Shown here: positions 9,687 to 19,610 of the stretch, piece by piece
Position numbering within the stretch: position 1 is the stretch's first letter
How the letters are laid out: every line of letters starts with the position of its first letter
Assembly (NCBI GenBank): GCA_963829055.1
Contig: CAWHHI010000012.1
Location: 504,696-568,695, forward strand
DNA: 64,000 nt
Source: an uncultured Gemmatimonadaceae bacterium
GTDB taxonomy: Bacteria; Gemmatimonadota; Gemmatimonadetes; Gemmatimonadales; Gemmatimonadaceae
Reading direction: 5' to 3'
Translations under genes and position numbers: made by a program
Notes under the pieces: model-generated
Told to the model about the DNA's origin: nothing
Database searches by the model: none
What the model saw: the letters and a program-made list of their open reading frames with translations, nothing else

Positions 9687-12600
9687 TCAGAAGCCGTAGC
9701 GCACTCCAAGCTGCATTTGGTACGCCGAGCCGACGTGCCGGCGGTCATACTTCTCCGTCGCCGGATCGAAGGTGAAGATCCCCTGCGATCCGTTCGAGCC
9801 GACCAACGCGCCGTTCGTCTGACCAACGTGGCTCAACAGCGGAACCGAGCCGCCACCCGCGGGCGGGAGCGGCTGCTGACCCCAGTCCGGATTCAGCAGG
9901 TTGAGGAAGTTGAAGACGTCGAGCTGCACGGCGAACGATTGGCCGAGTATCGCCGGCAACGATTGGCGGAACGACAAATTCACGGTGTTCGTCCACGGCG
10001 ACCGGCAGCTGTTTCGTGTCATGATCCGGCCACGCTGCCGCGTGAGGCAATCCGTGCTCGTGATGAACCGCTCGAGCGCCGAGCGCTGCTCGGCAATCCG
10101 TTGTTCCTGCGCTGCCGGGGAGTTGTCCGCGCCCGCAACTGGAGAGACCCCGCTGAACCGGATCTCGGCGTCCCTGGCGACATCGGCCGGGATGTAGATC
10201 AGATCGTTGCCCTGTGCGCCGTCGGCGTTCAGGTCGCCGAGACCGCCGCTGCCGGCGTATACGAAGTCGTAGTTCGACCCCGACCGTCCGAGATAGATCA
10301 CCGACACGTCGGTGCGCGTGGTGAACGAGAACGTGCCGAACGCCACCACGCGATGCGGCAGCTCGAAGCGCGAGCGATCGAGATTCTGCGAATACTGGTC
10401 GCCGGCGAGCGCGCGACCGAACCGCCAGTTCGACGTCGCGGTGCTCGACGTTAGGCTCTGGATGTCGCGCGCCTGCTCGTACGTGTACGACGCGTGCGCC
10501 TCGAACCAGTTCGTGAAGCGTCGGTTGAGCGAGGCCGTGACACTGTACGAGTAGTCCTTGCTCGCGTTCTGCACGTCGATGACGTTCCGCCGTTCGGCGA
10601 CGAGGACCGGCTCGGAGACGCCGGTCGTCGCGATCGTGCCGTACACCACGCGCCCGTTCCGGTCGAGGCCCTGCTGCCCCGCCAACGCGAGGTTCGTGTA
10701 GAAGAACGTCGACATCGAGCGCGTATACATCCCCTCGACCGACGCCACCCACGCGTCGCCGATGCGACGGTCGTAGGCGAGCGACGCACGCGCATACTGA
10801 GGAAATCGCAGGTCGCTGCTGAGGAGCGCGATGTCTCCGCTCGTGGCCGCCGTCGTGCCGTTCGCGCACGTGGAGGGCGGCGCGGCCGCATTCTCGGTGG
10901 TGAACCGAGGGACCGAGCCGGCCGAGACACACGTCAGCTGCGCGAGGCCCGTCCCCGCGTTCTGGAACGCGTTGCCTAACCACACGAAGGCGGGCCGTCC
11001 AACGAAGACGCCCACCCCGCCGCGGATCTGCTCGCGACGGTCGCCGAGACGGTCCCAGTTGAAGCCGATGCGCGGCGAGAACTGCAGGTTGCCTGACGGG
11101 ACCTCTTCCGTGTTCCGGCCATAATCCGCGAGCACCGACGGATTCGCCGCCGGCTTGTCGAACAGATACGGCACGTCGACGCGGAGGCCCGCTGTGACGA
11201 CGAACCGGTCCGTCGCCTGCCAGCGATCCTGCGCGTACAGTCCGAACTGCGCCGCGTCGAACCGCGCGTCGAGCGGCCCGCCGAGACTGACGCCCGCCTG
11301 ATAGCGGCTGGCGTCGCCACGCGCGAGCGAGTCGAGGCTCCCGAACTCCCACACGCCGTACGAGTTCTGCGCGAAGAGATTGCGGATCCGGTAGAACTCG
11401 TTCTTCGTGCCGGCGGTGATGCGGTGCCTGCCTAACGGGAACGTCAGGTTGTCCGTGAGCTCCACGACGTCCTGATCCACTTCCGTTCCCTGCGAGGAAT
11501 TCTCTGCGCCGGCGCGTAGCCGCGCAGTCCCGCCCGTCAGGGTGGGCGCATCGACCTGCACCTGCGGCGCGAGCACCGCGGCGTCGCGGCGATCGCGAAT
11601 GCGACTGTAGCCGACGATCAGCTCGTTGCCCGCCCCACCCTCGAAGCTCGTGAAGAGTTGCGCGACGGCGCTCCCCTTGACCGAGTTGAATTCGTGCGCG
11701 TTGGACGTGAATCGAATGAGCGTCGGATCGCGCGCCAGCACCTCGTCCTCCGCCCGGCCGTAGTTGTAGCGCAGCACGAGCCGGTTGTTCACGCTCGGCG
11801 AAATGTCCACGCGCGCGAAGATGTTCTGCAGCGGATTCGCGTTGCGCACCGGCCCCGCGGAACCGGCATTGATACCATACCCGCTGAGCAGGCTGCTGAA
11901 GCGGTCGATGTCGCTGGTCGTGACCGGAAACGGCTCCCCGGTCTGGCCGAGATACGGGCCGGTCGCGGGCTCATAGCGCTCCTGGAACTCCGGCGCGATG
12001 AAGAAGTGCACGCGGTCGCGAATGATCGGGCCACCGAGCGAGAATCCGAATTGCGACTGCCGGTATTCCTGGTCGCGCACGTAGTCGACGTTTCGCGCGA
12101 GCCCTTCGCTACGCGTCGAGAGGAACGCGGTCCCGTGCAGGTCGTTCGTGCCGCCGCGCGTCACAGCGTTCAGGAGAAGTCCCGCGAAATTCCCCTGCCG
12201 TACATCGAACGGTGCGAGGAGAACCTGATACTCGCGGACAGCCTCGAGGCCGATCGACTTGCCACGCGCCTGGCCGCCCGGCTGTCCCGTCTCGCCAAGC
12301 CCGAACAGATCGTTCTCGCTCGCACCGTCGATCTGAATGTTGTTGAGGCGATTGTTGACGCCGGCGCCGGAAATGCCCGGCCCCGCGTCAGACACTTCGG
12401 GCGTGAGGACGGCGAAATCCGTGAACGTCCGGTTGAGTGACGGGAGCCGACGCAGAACCGAGTCGGAAACGATGGTCGCGGCCCCGGTGCGGTCCGACGA
12501 CATGATCGGGTCAGTCTCGGTCGTGACGGTGACCGTGCTGAGGATGAACGTCTGACGCTGGAGGATGAAGTCCAGCGTTAGGTTCTGGCTCAGGGTGAGC

Positions 12601-12899
12601 ATCTGGCCGTCGCGCATCTGCGGCGCGAAGCCCGGATGACGCGCCGTCACGGAATACGGACCGCCGACCTCGAGTCCCTGCACGAGGTAGCGTCCATCCC
12701 GGGCGGTGGTCGCGCGCGATGCGGCGCCGGTGGCCGTATTGACGACCGCGATCGACGCTCCCGCGACCGGAGCACCAGCGTCATCGACTACCCGCCCGCT
12801 CACCGCACCCGTTGTCACTCCCTGTGCTCGAGCCGCCATGAGCGGGGTGAGCGCGACGCAGAGCGCGGCAACAGCTACGACGAAGGCACGGGGCTTCAC
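9687..12899 (-). CDS. Oar-like TonB-dependent receptor (paralog of the gene at 6099-9401)
   Basis: Same motifs (EAVREYQVLLAPFDVRQGNF, SPRIGFNWD, GDLNADGAQGNDLIYIP); C-terminal RYGF. Confidence 0.9.
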   Translation of the reverse strand: MKPRAFVVAVAALCVALTPLMAARAQGVTTGAVSGRVVDDAGAPVAGASIAVVNTATGAASRATTARDGRYLVQGLEVGGPYSVTARHPGFAPQMRDGQMLTLSQNLTLDFILQRQTFILSTVTVTTETDPIMSSDRTGAATIVSDSVLRRLPSLNRTFTDFAVLTPEVSDAGPGISGAGVNNRLNNIQIDGASENDLFGLGETGQPGGQARGKSIGLEAVREYQVLLAPFDVRQGNFAGLLLNAVTRGGTNDLHGTAFLSTRSEGLARNVDYVRDQEYRQSQFGFSLGGPIIRDRVHFFIAPEFQERYEPATGPYLGQTGEPFPVTTSDIDRFSSLLSGYGINAGSAGPVRNANPLQNIFARVDISPSVNNRLVLRYNYGRAEDEVLARDPTLIRFTSNAHEFNSVKGSAVAQLFTSFEGGAGNELIVGYSRIRDRRDAAVLAPQVQVDAPTLTGGTARLRAGAENSSQGTEVDQDVVELTDNLTFPLGRHRITAGTKNEFYRIRNLFAQNSYGVWEFGSLDSLARGDASRYQAGVSLGGPLDARFDAAQFGLYAQDRWQATDRFVVTAGLRVDVPYLFDKPAANPSVLADYGRNTEEVPSGNLQFSPRIGFNWDRLGDRREQIRGGVGVFVGRPAFVWLGNAFQNAGTGLAQLTCVSAGSVPRFTTENAAAPPSTCANGTTAATSGDIALLSSDLRFPQYARASLAYDRRIGDAWVASVEGMYTRSMSTFFYTNLALAGQQGLDRNGRVVYGTIATTGVSEPVLVAERRNVIDVQNASKDYSYSVTASLNRRFTNWFEAHASYTYEQARDIQSLTSSTATSNWRFGRALAGDQYSQNLDRSRFELPHRVVAFGTFSFTTRTDVSVIYLGRSGSNYDFVYAGSGGLGDLNADGAQGNDLIYIPADVARDAEIRFSGVSPVAGADNSPAAQEQRIAEQRSALERFITSTDCLTRQRGRIMTRNSCRSPWTNTVNLSFRQSLPAILGQSFAVQLDVFNFLNLLNPDWGQQPLPPAGGGSVPLLSHVGQTNGALVGSNGSQGIFTFDPATEKYDRRHVGSAYQMQLGVRYGF

Positions 12900-14299
12900 G
12901 CCGTTTCGCCCGCCGCGCTCCGAGAGCCGTCTGGAGGTGCGAGCCTTCTGCCGACGGTCGCGTAATAGACCGGAATGCCCACCGCGATCACGGCGAACAC
13001 CGCGATCGTCGGCCAGCGCGTGCCGGGGTCGATGACCGCGTTCACCAGCAGGTACAGCGTCGCGAGAATGAACAGGATCGGAACCAGTGGATACCCGGGC
13101 GTCCGGAATGCCGGTGAGTATCCCGGGCGTCGGCGGAGCACGAAGATCGCCGCGACGCCTAACACGTAGAACGGCAGGATCGCCGTCACGAACGCGTCGG
13201 CGAGGTCCTCGAACTTTCGCAGCAGCACGAACGTCACGCCGAGCACCGCCGCGAGCGCGATCGCGTTGACCGGCGTCCTGAATCGCGGATGCACCGCCGC
13301 CATCGGCTTGAAGAACAATCCATCCTCGGCCATCGCGAAGAACACGCGCGGGTTCGCCAGCATCGTGGAGTTGAGCGAGCCGAACGTGGAGAGCATCACG
13401 GTGATCGCGACGAACGCAACGCCGATCGGACCCATCACGCGCTGACCCACATCCGCCGCGACGAGCTTCGACGTCCGGATCTGCTCGATCGGGAGGACCG
13501 AGAGATACGCGAGATTCGCCAACAGGTAGATGAACAACACCGCCAGCGAGCCGAGAATGATGGCGCGCGGCAGATTGCGCTCACCGTCCTTGACCTCGCC
13601 ACCGGCGAACGTGAGATCCGCCCACCCGTCGAATGCCCAGAGCACCGAGACGAGCGCGAGCCCGAATGGCGCAAGCGAGAAGCTTCCCGGAGGGAAGAAC
13701 GGTGTGAAGTGGCCGCCCGTCTTCGGCAGCTCGATCGAGAACGCGAGCAGAATCACGAACAGCAGGCCACCGTACTTCGCGAGGGTGGTTGCCGCCGTCA
13801 CCATCGCGCTCCAGCGAATCCCCACGATGTTGAATATCGACGTCAGTACGATCGCGGCCGCCGCGGTGTAGCGCGCATACGAGTCGTACGGCGCAACGAG
13901 CGGGTCGTAACCGAGGACTCTGAGGAAATACTCGGCGAACGTGATGGCGATGGCACCAATGGCGGCAGCGCGAATGATCACGAGCTCTGCCCAGCCGAAC
14001 AGGAACGCGGGGAGCCTTCCCCAGCCTTCGCGCAGAAAGACGTAGATGCCGCCGGTTTTCGGCAGGGCGCTCGCGACTTCAGCGAGCGAGAGCGCACCGC
14101 ACATCGCGAGCATTCCGCCGACGACCCACACCGCGAGCATGGCACCGGGCCCCGGCAACCTGTTCGCGATGCCTGCCGGTGACCGGAAGATTCCTGAGCC
14201 GATGGTGATACCGACGACGATCGAGACGGCGCTCCACAGTCCGAGCCGTCTCGGCAGTCCGTCGGATGGTCCTTCGCTTGCCGCTGGAGAGGGTGACAT
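12896..14299 (-). CDS. APC-family amino acid permease
   Basis: LPRRLGLWSAVSIVVGITIGSGIF; GGIYVFLREGWG; WAFDGW; GEVKD. Confidence 0.92.
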   Translation of the reverse strand: MSPSPAASEGPSDGLPRRLGLWSAVSIVVGITIGSGIFRSPAGIANRLPGPGAMLAVWVVGGMLAMCGALSLAEVASALPKTGGIYVFLREGWGRLPAFLFGWAELVIIRAAAIGAIAITFAEYFLRVLGYDPLVAPYDSYARYTAAAAIVLTSIFNIVGIRWSAMVTAATTLAKYGGLLFVILLAFSIELPKTGGHFTPFFPPGSFSLAPFGLALVSVLWAFDGWADLTFAGGEVKDGERNLPRAIILGSLAVLFIYLLANLAYLSVLPIEQIRTSKLVAADVGQRVMGPIGVAFVAITVMLSTFGSLNSTMLANPRVFFAMAEDGLFFKPMAAVHPRFRTPVNAIALAAVLGVTFVLLRKFEDLADAFVTAILPFYVLGVAAIFVLRRRPGYSPAFRTPGYPLVPILFILATLYLLVNAVIDPGTRWPTIAVFAVIAVGIPVYYATVGRRLAPPDGSRSAAGETA

Positions 14300-14501
14300 G
14301 CGCCTATGGTACAGCAGGAAACCTTGCGGCGCGAGCCATGCGCTGCGTTGGTCCAGGCAGCGGCTGTCAGATCGGAGTCAATGTCGCGATACGTTGGTGG
14401 AAAGGTTGAATCGAGCGCCGCCGGCGTACACCTTTCTGCGTGCTACTCACCTCTATCTCACGCGGTCGGATGCTCGGCCAGCGGTGCACCGGTTCGCCTG
14501 A

Positions 14502-14783
14502 ATGACCATTCGTTCCGCATTGTTCTGGGTTGCCAGCGCGTGCTGCGTTGTCGCCGAGCTCGCCATCCTTCGCTCGTTGTTGTTCGGGCGAGCCCGCGCG
14601 GCCGAGGTCAAAGACACCATGGGCGCGTCGCGAACCGCGCATGCCAGCCGTCCAGCGGACATCGCGTGGGCGATCCTGCCTGCGGTCGGCCTCGCGCTCG
14701 TTCTCTATCTGACCTGGCGCGCAGTCGATGCGCCGGAACCCACCGCCGACGTCAGCCGCAGCGGCGTGACGATCGGAGCCTGA
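14502..14783 (+). CDS. Small two-TM protein resembling the cytochrome c oxidase subunit II TM region
   Basis: Two hydrophobic helices, DIAWAILPAVGL motif; first gene of the ctaA-ctaB run. Confidence 0.6.
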   Translation: MTIRSALFWVASACCVVAELAILRSLLFGRARAAEVKDTMGASRTAHASRPADIAWAILPAVGLALVLYLTWRAVDAPEPTADVSRSGVTIGA

Positions 14784-14790
14784 TAACATC

Positions 14791-15759
14791 ATGACCGCCT
14801 TGCGGCGTCTTTCGGTTCTTTCGTTGCTCCTCGGCATCGGACAGGTCGTGTTCGGCGCGATCGTGCGCATCACCGGATCCGGCATGGGCTGTGGCGACCA
14901 CTGGCCCAAGTGCCAGGGACATTGGTTCCCGCCGCTCGCCCGAACCGATCTCGTCATCGAGGTCACGCATCGCTACATCGCGGCGACGCTCTCGGTCGCG
15001 ATCATCGCCCTGCTCGTCACCGCCTTGCTGCGACGCGCCACGCCCGGGGTGAGTGGCCGAGGTGGCGTGTTGCGAGCCGCGGGGTTGGCGACGTCGCTGG
15101 TAGTGGCGGCGGCGCTGTTCGGCGCCGTGACCGTGAAGCTCGAGCTCGGGAACAAGTTCGTCATCGTCACGCATCTCGCCATCGCGATGACGTTACTCGC
15201 CGTGCTCGTTTCCGCCGTGATGCGCGCCGGCGGGCTCGGCGCGTCCAGCGCGAGCGTGGGCTCCGCATCGCAGAAGACGTGGCGTGGCGCACGAGCGGCG
15301 CTCGGCCTCGCGTTCGCCGTTCTCGTCCTCGGCGCGTTTACCGCGCACGTGCCGGGCGCGAACTCATCGTGCATTGGCTTCCCACTCTGTCGCGGCTCGT
15401 TGCTGCCTGACGGGACCCAGCACATTCAGTTCACGCATCGCATTCTCGCGTTCCTGCTGTTCTTCCACCTGCTCGGCCTCGCGATCGCGGTTCGTCGTCG
15501 CGGCGAAGCACGGTTGATCATTCGCGCCGCTGCGGTCGCGTTCGGTGCCGTGCTCGCGCAACTGATCGTCGCCGCGATGCTCGTGGAAATGCAGTTGCCG
15601 CCGCTACTCCGCTCGTTGCACCAGGCGGCCGGCACACTCGTGTGGGTTGCCGTCGTGGTGCTCGCGCTGCTGAGCCGTCGCGGCGCACTCGGCGTCGGTG
15701 TCCCGGCTACGAAGACATCGCCGCGACCGACGCTGCGTGCGGCAGAGGTCGCGACGTGA
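14791..15759 (+). CDS. ctaA: Heme A synthase (COX15/CtaA)
   Basis: VRITGSGMGCGDHWPKCQG, EVTHR, QFTHR, LHQ. Confidence 0.9.
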   Translation: MTALRRLSVLSLLLGIGQVVFGAIVRITGSGMGCGDHWPKCQGHWFPPLARTDLVIEVTHRYIAATLSVAIIALLVTALLRRATPGVSGRGGVLRAAGLATSLVVAAALFGAVTVKLELGNKFVIVTHLAIAMTLLAVLVSAVMRAGGLGASSASVGSASQKTWRGARAALGLAFAVLVLGAFTAHVPGANSSCIGFPLCRGSLLPDGTQHIQFTHRILAFLLFFHLLGLAIAVRRRGEARLIIRAAAVAFGAVLAQLIVAAMLVEMQLPPLLRSLHQAAGTLVWVAVVVLALLSRRGALGVGVPATKTSPRPTLRAAEVAT

Positions 15760-16643
15760 CACACACGACGATCGAACGCGCTCGTGAGGCGAGCCTCGTC
15801 CGCGACCTGATCTCGCTGACCAAGCCGCGCATCATCTCGCTCCTGCTCGTCACGACGATCGCCCCGATGTTCGTCGCGGGCACGCCTTCCATCGGGCTGG
15901 TGCTGCTCGTCGCGATCGGCGGCTACCTCATGGCGGGCGGCGCGAACGCGGTGAACATGTACCTCGACCGCGACATCGACGACCGCATGGCGCGTACACG
16001 CCTGCGTCCCATTCCGAGCGGGCGCATGGCACCGCCCGCCGTGCTCGCGTTCGGCGTCGCGCTCTCGTGCGCGGCGACGTACATGCTCGCGCATTTCGTG
16101 AACGTGCTCACGGCCGCGCTCGCACTCGCCGGCTTCTACTTCTACGTGTTCATCTACACGCGCTGGCTCAAGCGCTCCACGCCGCACAACATCGTGATCG
16201 GCGGCGCAGCCGGCGCATTTCCGCCGCTCGTTGGCTGGGCGGCCATGACGAATCGCGTGGATCTCGCGGCGATCTATCTGTTCCTGATCGTGTTCTACTG
16301 GACGCCGCCACATTTCTGGGCGCTGGCGCTGCTCAAGCAGCGCGACTACGGCAACGCTGGTGTGCCGATGGCGCCACTCGTGTGGGGCGAGCAGGAGACG
16401 AAGGATCAGATGTTGTGGTACACGCTGATCCTCATTCCGCTCACGCTGCTGCCGGTAGCGTTCGGGGCGTTCGGCTGGTTCTACTTCGCGTCCGCGCTCG
16501 CGCTGGGCGTCACACTGCTCGTCGGCGTCCTCCGCGTTCGCTCGGCGCCGCAGTGGAATAAGATCGCGTGGAAGGTCTACAAGTTCTCGCTGCTGTATCT
16601 CGCGCTGCTGTTCGTTGCGATGGTGATCGACCAGCACGTCTGA
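15756..16643 (+). CDS. ctaB: Protoheme IX farnesyltransferase (heme O synthase)
   Basis: LTKPRII; NMYLDRDIDDRMARTRLRPIPSG; WTPPHFWAL; GTGA overlap with ctaA. Confidence 0.95.
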   Translation: MTHTTIERAREASLVRDLISLTKPRIISLLLVTTIAPMFVAGTPSIGLVLLVAIGGYLMAGGANAVNMYLDRDIDDRMARTRLRPIPSGRMAPPAVLAFGVALSCAATYMLAHFVNVLTAALALAGFYFYVFIYTRWLKRSTPHNIVIGGAAGAFPPLVGWAAMTNRVDLAAIYLFLIVFYWTPPHFWALALLKQRDYGNAGVPMAPLVWGEQETKDQMLWYTLILIPLTLLPVAFGAFGWFYFASALALGVTLLVGVLRVRSAPQWNKIAWKVYKFSLLYLALLFVAMVIDQHV

Positions 16644-16670
16644 CGCAGTTGTCTTCGCGAGCCCTGCGTA

Positions 16671-17573
16671 CTAGGGCTCCGCGCGTGCGCGCAGGGTGAG
16701 CGTGGCGGCCTTACCCGCCTCGATCGTCAAGCTCTCTTCCATCGCGCCGAGTCGTGGGTGCCACGCATGGACCTTGTAGCGACCGGGTGGCACCGAGTCG
16801 ATCACGAACGAGCCGTCGGTTCCCGTGAGCGCGAAGTACGGATGATCGAACACCGCGATCCACGCGTGCGTCCAGGGATGCGCGGCGCAGGTCAGCTCGA
16901 GCACTCCGGCCTTCGTGAGCACGTGTTCGTTGGGAACCACCTGTCCCTCGTCCGTCTCACGAATGGTCGCCAGCAGCTCGCCGGTCGCACGCCGCGTTAT
17001 GCGCGTGCGATGCTCGACGGCATCGAGGTTCTGCACGTTGAGCGTCCCTCCGGCGATCGCGGCCTGCAACTCGGGCGCGATGAGGCAGTGCTCGTTCGCG
17101 ATCTCGAACCGACGCTCGAGAGGCAACGGCTTGCCGCTTCGGATGCCGTCGATCCAGACGACCACGCCAACCGCGCGGTTGCCGCGACGTTCGAGACTCC
17201 GATGTGTGATGGACACGCCGCAGACGGCCTGATCAGAGGTCGGCTGTACGACTGAATCGGCGGGCGGCGCGCCTTCGATCTCGACGGTGCCCGTCGCGCG
17301 CCCGATGGAGTCGAGCGTGCGCGCCGTGTACGGCGCGGACTGACGCGCGAAGCCGGGCGTCGCGGCGAGCGCTTCACTCGTCGCGGCTGTGCCTGCGCGT
17401 TGCTTCTCACCGTTGTCGCGACCGCAACCGGCGAGTGACAGCACCAACACGCCCACCGCGACGATACGCGGCCCTGGAATTCGGATTTCGCGTTGTGGGA
17501 CTCGCCGCGCGAGTCGCCGTTCGTTCGCAGCTATCAACGTTCGATTCGAATCATGGAGAAGGAGATCGACCAT
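16671..17573 (-). CDS. Lipoprotein with cupredoxin-like and carboxypeptidase-regulatory-like domains (start uncertain)
   Basis: Lipobox LSLAGC; CAAHPWTHAWIAVFDHPYFALTGTDGSFVIDSVPPGRYKVHAWH. Confidence 0.7.
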   Translation of the reverse strand: MVDLLLHDSNRTLIAANERRLARRVPQREIRIPGPRIVAVGVLVLSLAGCGRDNGEKQRAGTAATSEALAATPGFARQSAPYTARTLDSIGRATGTVEIEGAPPADSVVQPTSDQAVCGVSITHRSLERRGNRAVGVVVWIDGIRSGKPLPLERRFEIANEHCLIAPELQAAIAGGTLNVQNLDAVEHRTRITRRATGELLATIRETDEGQVVPNEHVLTKAGVLELTCAAHPWTHAWIAVFDHPYFALTGTDGSFVIDSVPPGRYKVHAWHPRLGAMEESLTIEAGKAATLTLRARAEP

Positions 17574-17840
17574 CCCGCGTAGGACGCGAGAACGCCGTGT
17601 CACGGCACACTCGCTGACGTGCCGCTCGGGCAAACGCCACGCCACGCGGGCGGGTTGCTGACTCGCGCGCGGGATCGTCCTGACGTCGAAGGGCGAGCGG
17701 ATTTTCGAGGTGCAACCTAACCGCTCGTGGCCCTTTCGACTGTCTTCCACTTCCGCGGTTCTTCGACGTCGCATGCTCGCGCCACTCGCGCTCCTCCTCG
17801 CTCTCGCGTCGCCGCCGCATCGCGCCGTTGCCGAATACGC

Positions 17841-18180
17841 CTTTGCATTGAGGCATCATCGCGCCGGGCCGGTGGGAACTACGATTTCGCGGATGACACG
17901 GAAAACGGCCGGATAAGGCTTTGCACTTACGCTGGCTCTCGCCGGACTCTTAGCAAATGGGAACGGCCGCTCGGGAGGCTCCTGCGTCCCGAGCGGCCGT
18001 TCCCAAAAATTCACGGCTCGTTGCGAGCGGAGCCGACCCCCACGGCGCGGTATCCGGCTTCTTCCGCGTCATCCGCAAAATCGCAGTTCCCACCGACCGC
18101 GGCGCGATGGAGCGTGGATGCAAAGTCGGAATCCGGCTGTTTTGCAGTTCATCCGCCCAATCGCAGTTCCCACCGAGCCC
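17841..18180. repeat. Composite REP/BIME-like element: ~75-bp inverted arms, central hairpin and a third partial copy
   Basis: 17841-17915 is an imperfect reverse complement of 18051-18125; hairpin gggaacggccgctcggga/tcccgagcggccgttccc at ~17959-18004; partial copy at 18131-18180. Confidence 0.8.
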
Positions 18181-18194
18181 CGCCGCGAAGAACT

Positions 18195-19565
18195 CTACGC
18201 CATGATACCGCGAGCCAGCGCGCGACGCTTCGTCCAGTAGTACACCACCACTCCGACGACCAGGATCGCCGTGCCTAACAACGACGTTCGGAGCGATGAC
18301 ACGTAGGCGCTGACGATCCCGATGATCGCCGCGACCACGAAAAAGCCGGGGACGATCGGGTAGCCCCACGCGCGATACGGACGCGGAGCATCCGGCCTCG
18401 ATCGCCGTAACGCGAAAACACTCGCCGCTCCCAACCCGAAGAAGATCCAGTCCGCGAACACCACGCCGCTCAACAACGCGCCGATCTCGCCGCCCGTGAT
18501 CAGGAGCAGTGCGATCGCCCACACGCCCATGATGATCACCGAGATGTGCGGCGACCCGAATCGCGGATGCACGCGAGCCGCGGCCTGCAGGAACACGCCA
18601 TCGCGCGCCATCGCGAAAAAGATCCGTGGCGTCGCCAGGATCACGACATTCACGAATCCGAGAATCGAGAGCATCGCCGCGACCGTGATGAAGGTCGCCC
18701 CGGTCGGCCCGACGAGCCGCGTCGCCGTGTCCGCTGCGACCGCGCTGCTCGCCGCGAGACCATCCCGACCTAACGCGTGCAGGTACACGGCGTTCGCGCC
18801 GAGATAACACGCGATCACGATGCCGATCCCGAGCGCCAGCGCGCGCGGGATCGTCCGCGCCGGATCCTTGATCTCGCCCGCCACCATGTTCATCTGCTGC
18901 CAGCCGCCGATCGTGAACAGCACCGCGACGAACGCCGTCGCCAACCCTGACGCGAGCGACGCGCGCGGCGGCGGCGCGTTCGGCACCGGCAGCGGAGCGC
19001 CGAGCTTCGTCCATAACGCGAAGCCGCCCACGATCAGTGCGGCGAGTGCCGCGATCTTCGCCACCGCGAAGACGTTCTGCAGGAAAGCCCCGGGCTTGAT
19101 GCCGAAATAGTTCGTCGCCGTGAGAACAGCGATCGTCGCCGCCGCCACGCCGAGGGGCCCGCCAAACGGGGCCAGGTCCATGAACCGCCCGGCGTAGCCC
19201 GCGAAGCCTAACGCGACCGCGGCGAGGGCACCGGTCCCGATGCTCAGCAGCGCCATCCACCCATACAGAAACGCCGGCAGACCGCCGAACCCTTCGCGGA
19301 TGTAGACGTACGCGCCACCGGCGTCAGGCATCATGGCACCGAGCTCCGCGTACGTCAGCGCTCCCGCGAGCGCGACCACGCCGCCCACCGCCCACACCAG
19401 GAACACGAGCCCCGCACTCGGCAGCGCCCGTGCCGTCTCCGCCGGCGTGAAGAAGATGCCGCTCCCAATGATCCCGCCGACGACGAGCAGCGCCGCGGAA
19501 AAGAGCCCGAGCTCTCGGCGGAGTGACGACTGTGAACTGGGGACCGCTCGCTCGGGGTTTGGCAG
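18195..19565 (-). CDS. APC-family amino acid permease (start uncertain, possibly CTG at 19565)
   Basis: Frame continues upstream of the ORF call: LRRELGLFSAALLVVGGIIGSGIF; GGAYVYIREGFG; GEIKDP. Confidence 0.88.
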   Translation of the reverse strand: MPNPERAVPSSQSSLRRELGLFSAALLVVGGIIGSGIFFTPAETARALPSAGLVFLVWAVGGVVALAGALTYAELGAMMPDAGGAYVYIREGFGGLPAFLYGWMALLSIGTGALAAVALGFAGYAGRFMDLAPFGGPLGVAAATIAVLTATNYFGIKPGAFLQNVFAVAKIAALAALIVGGFALWTKLGAPLPVPNAPPPRASLASGLATAFVAVLFTIGGWQQMNMVAGEIKDPARTIPRALALGIGIVIACYLGANAVYLHALGRDGLAASSAVAADTATRLVGPTGATFITVAAMLSILGFVNVVILATPRIFFAMARDGVFLQAAARVHPRFGSPHISVIIMGVWAIALLLITGGEIGALLSGVVFADWIFFGLGAASVFALRRSRPDAPRPYRAWGYPIVPGFFVVAAIIGIVSAYVSSLRTSLLGTAILVVGVVVYYWTKRRALARGIMA

Positions 19566-19607
19566 TTAGCAGTTAGCTGATAGCTGTTAGCTGTTAGCTG
19601 ATAGCTG
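19563..19607. repeat. Heptamer tandem repeat (WGWTAGC)n
   Basis: agttagc agttagc tgatagc tgttagc tgttagc tgatagc. Confidence 0.85.
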
Positions 19608-19610
19608 GCG

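Noticed and set aside
6261..12440. Long antisense and alternate-frame ORFs over the receptors (similarly 48009-49688, 32393-33448, 59189-60463)
   Set aside because: Arg/Ala-rich shadow ORFs expected in high-GC coding DNA; no recognisable motifs.
17841..18180. Possible CRISPR array
   Set aside because: Units are inverted and degenerate, with no repeat-spacer periodicity and no cas genes.
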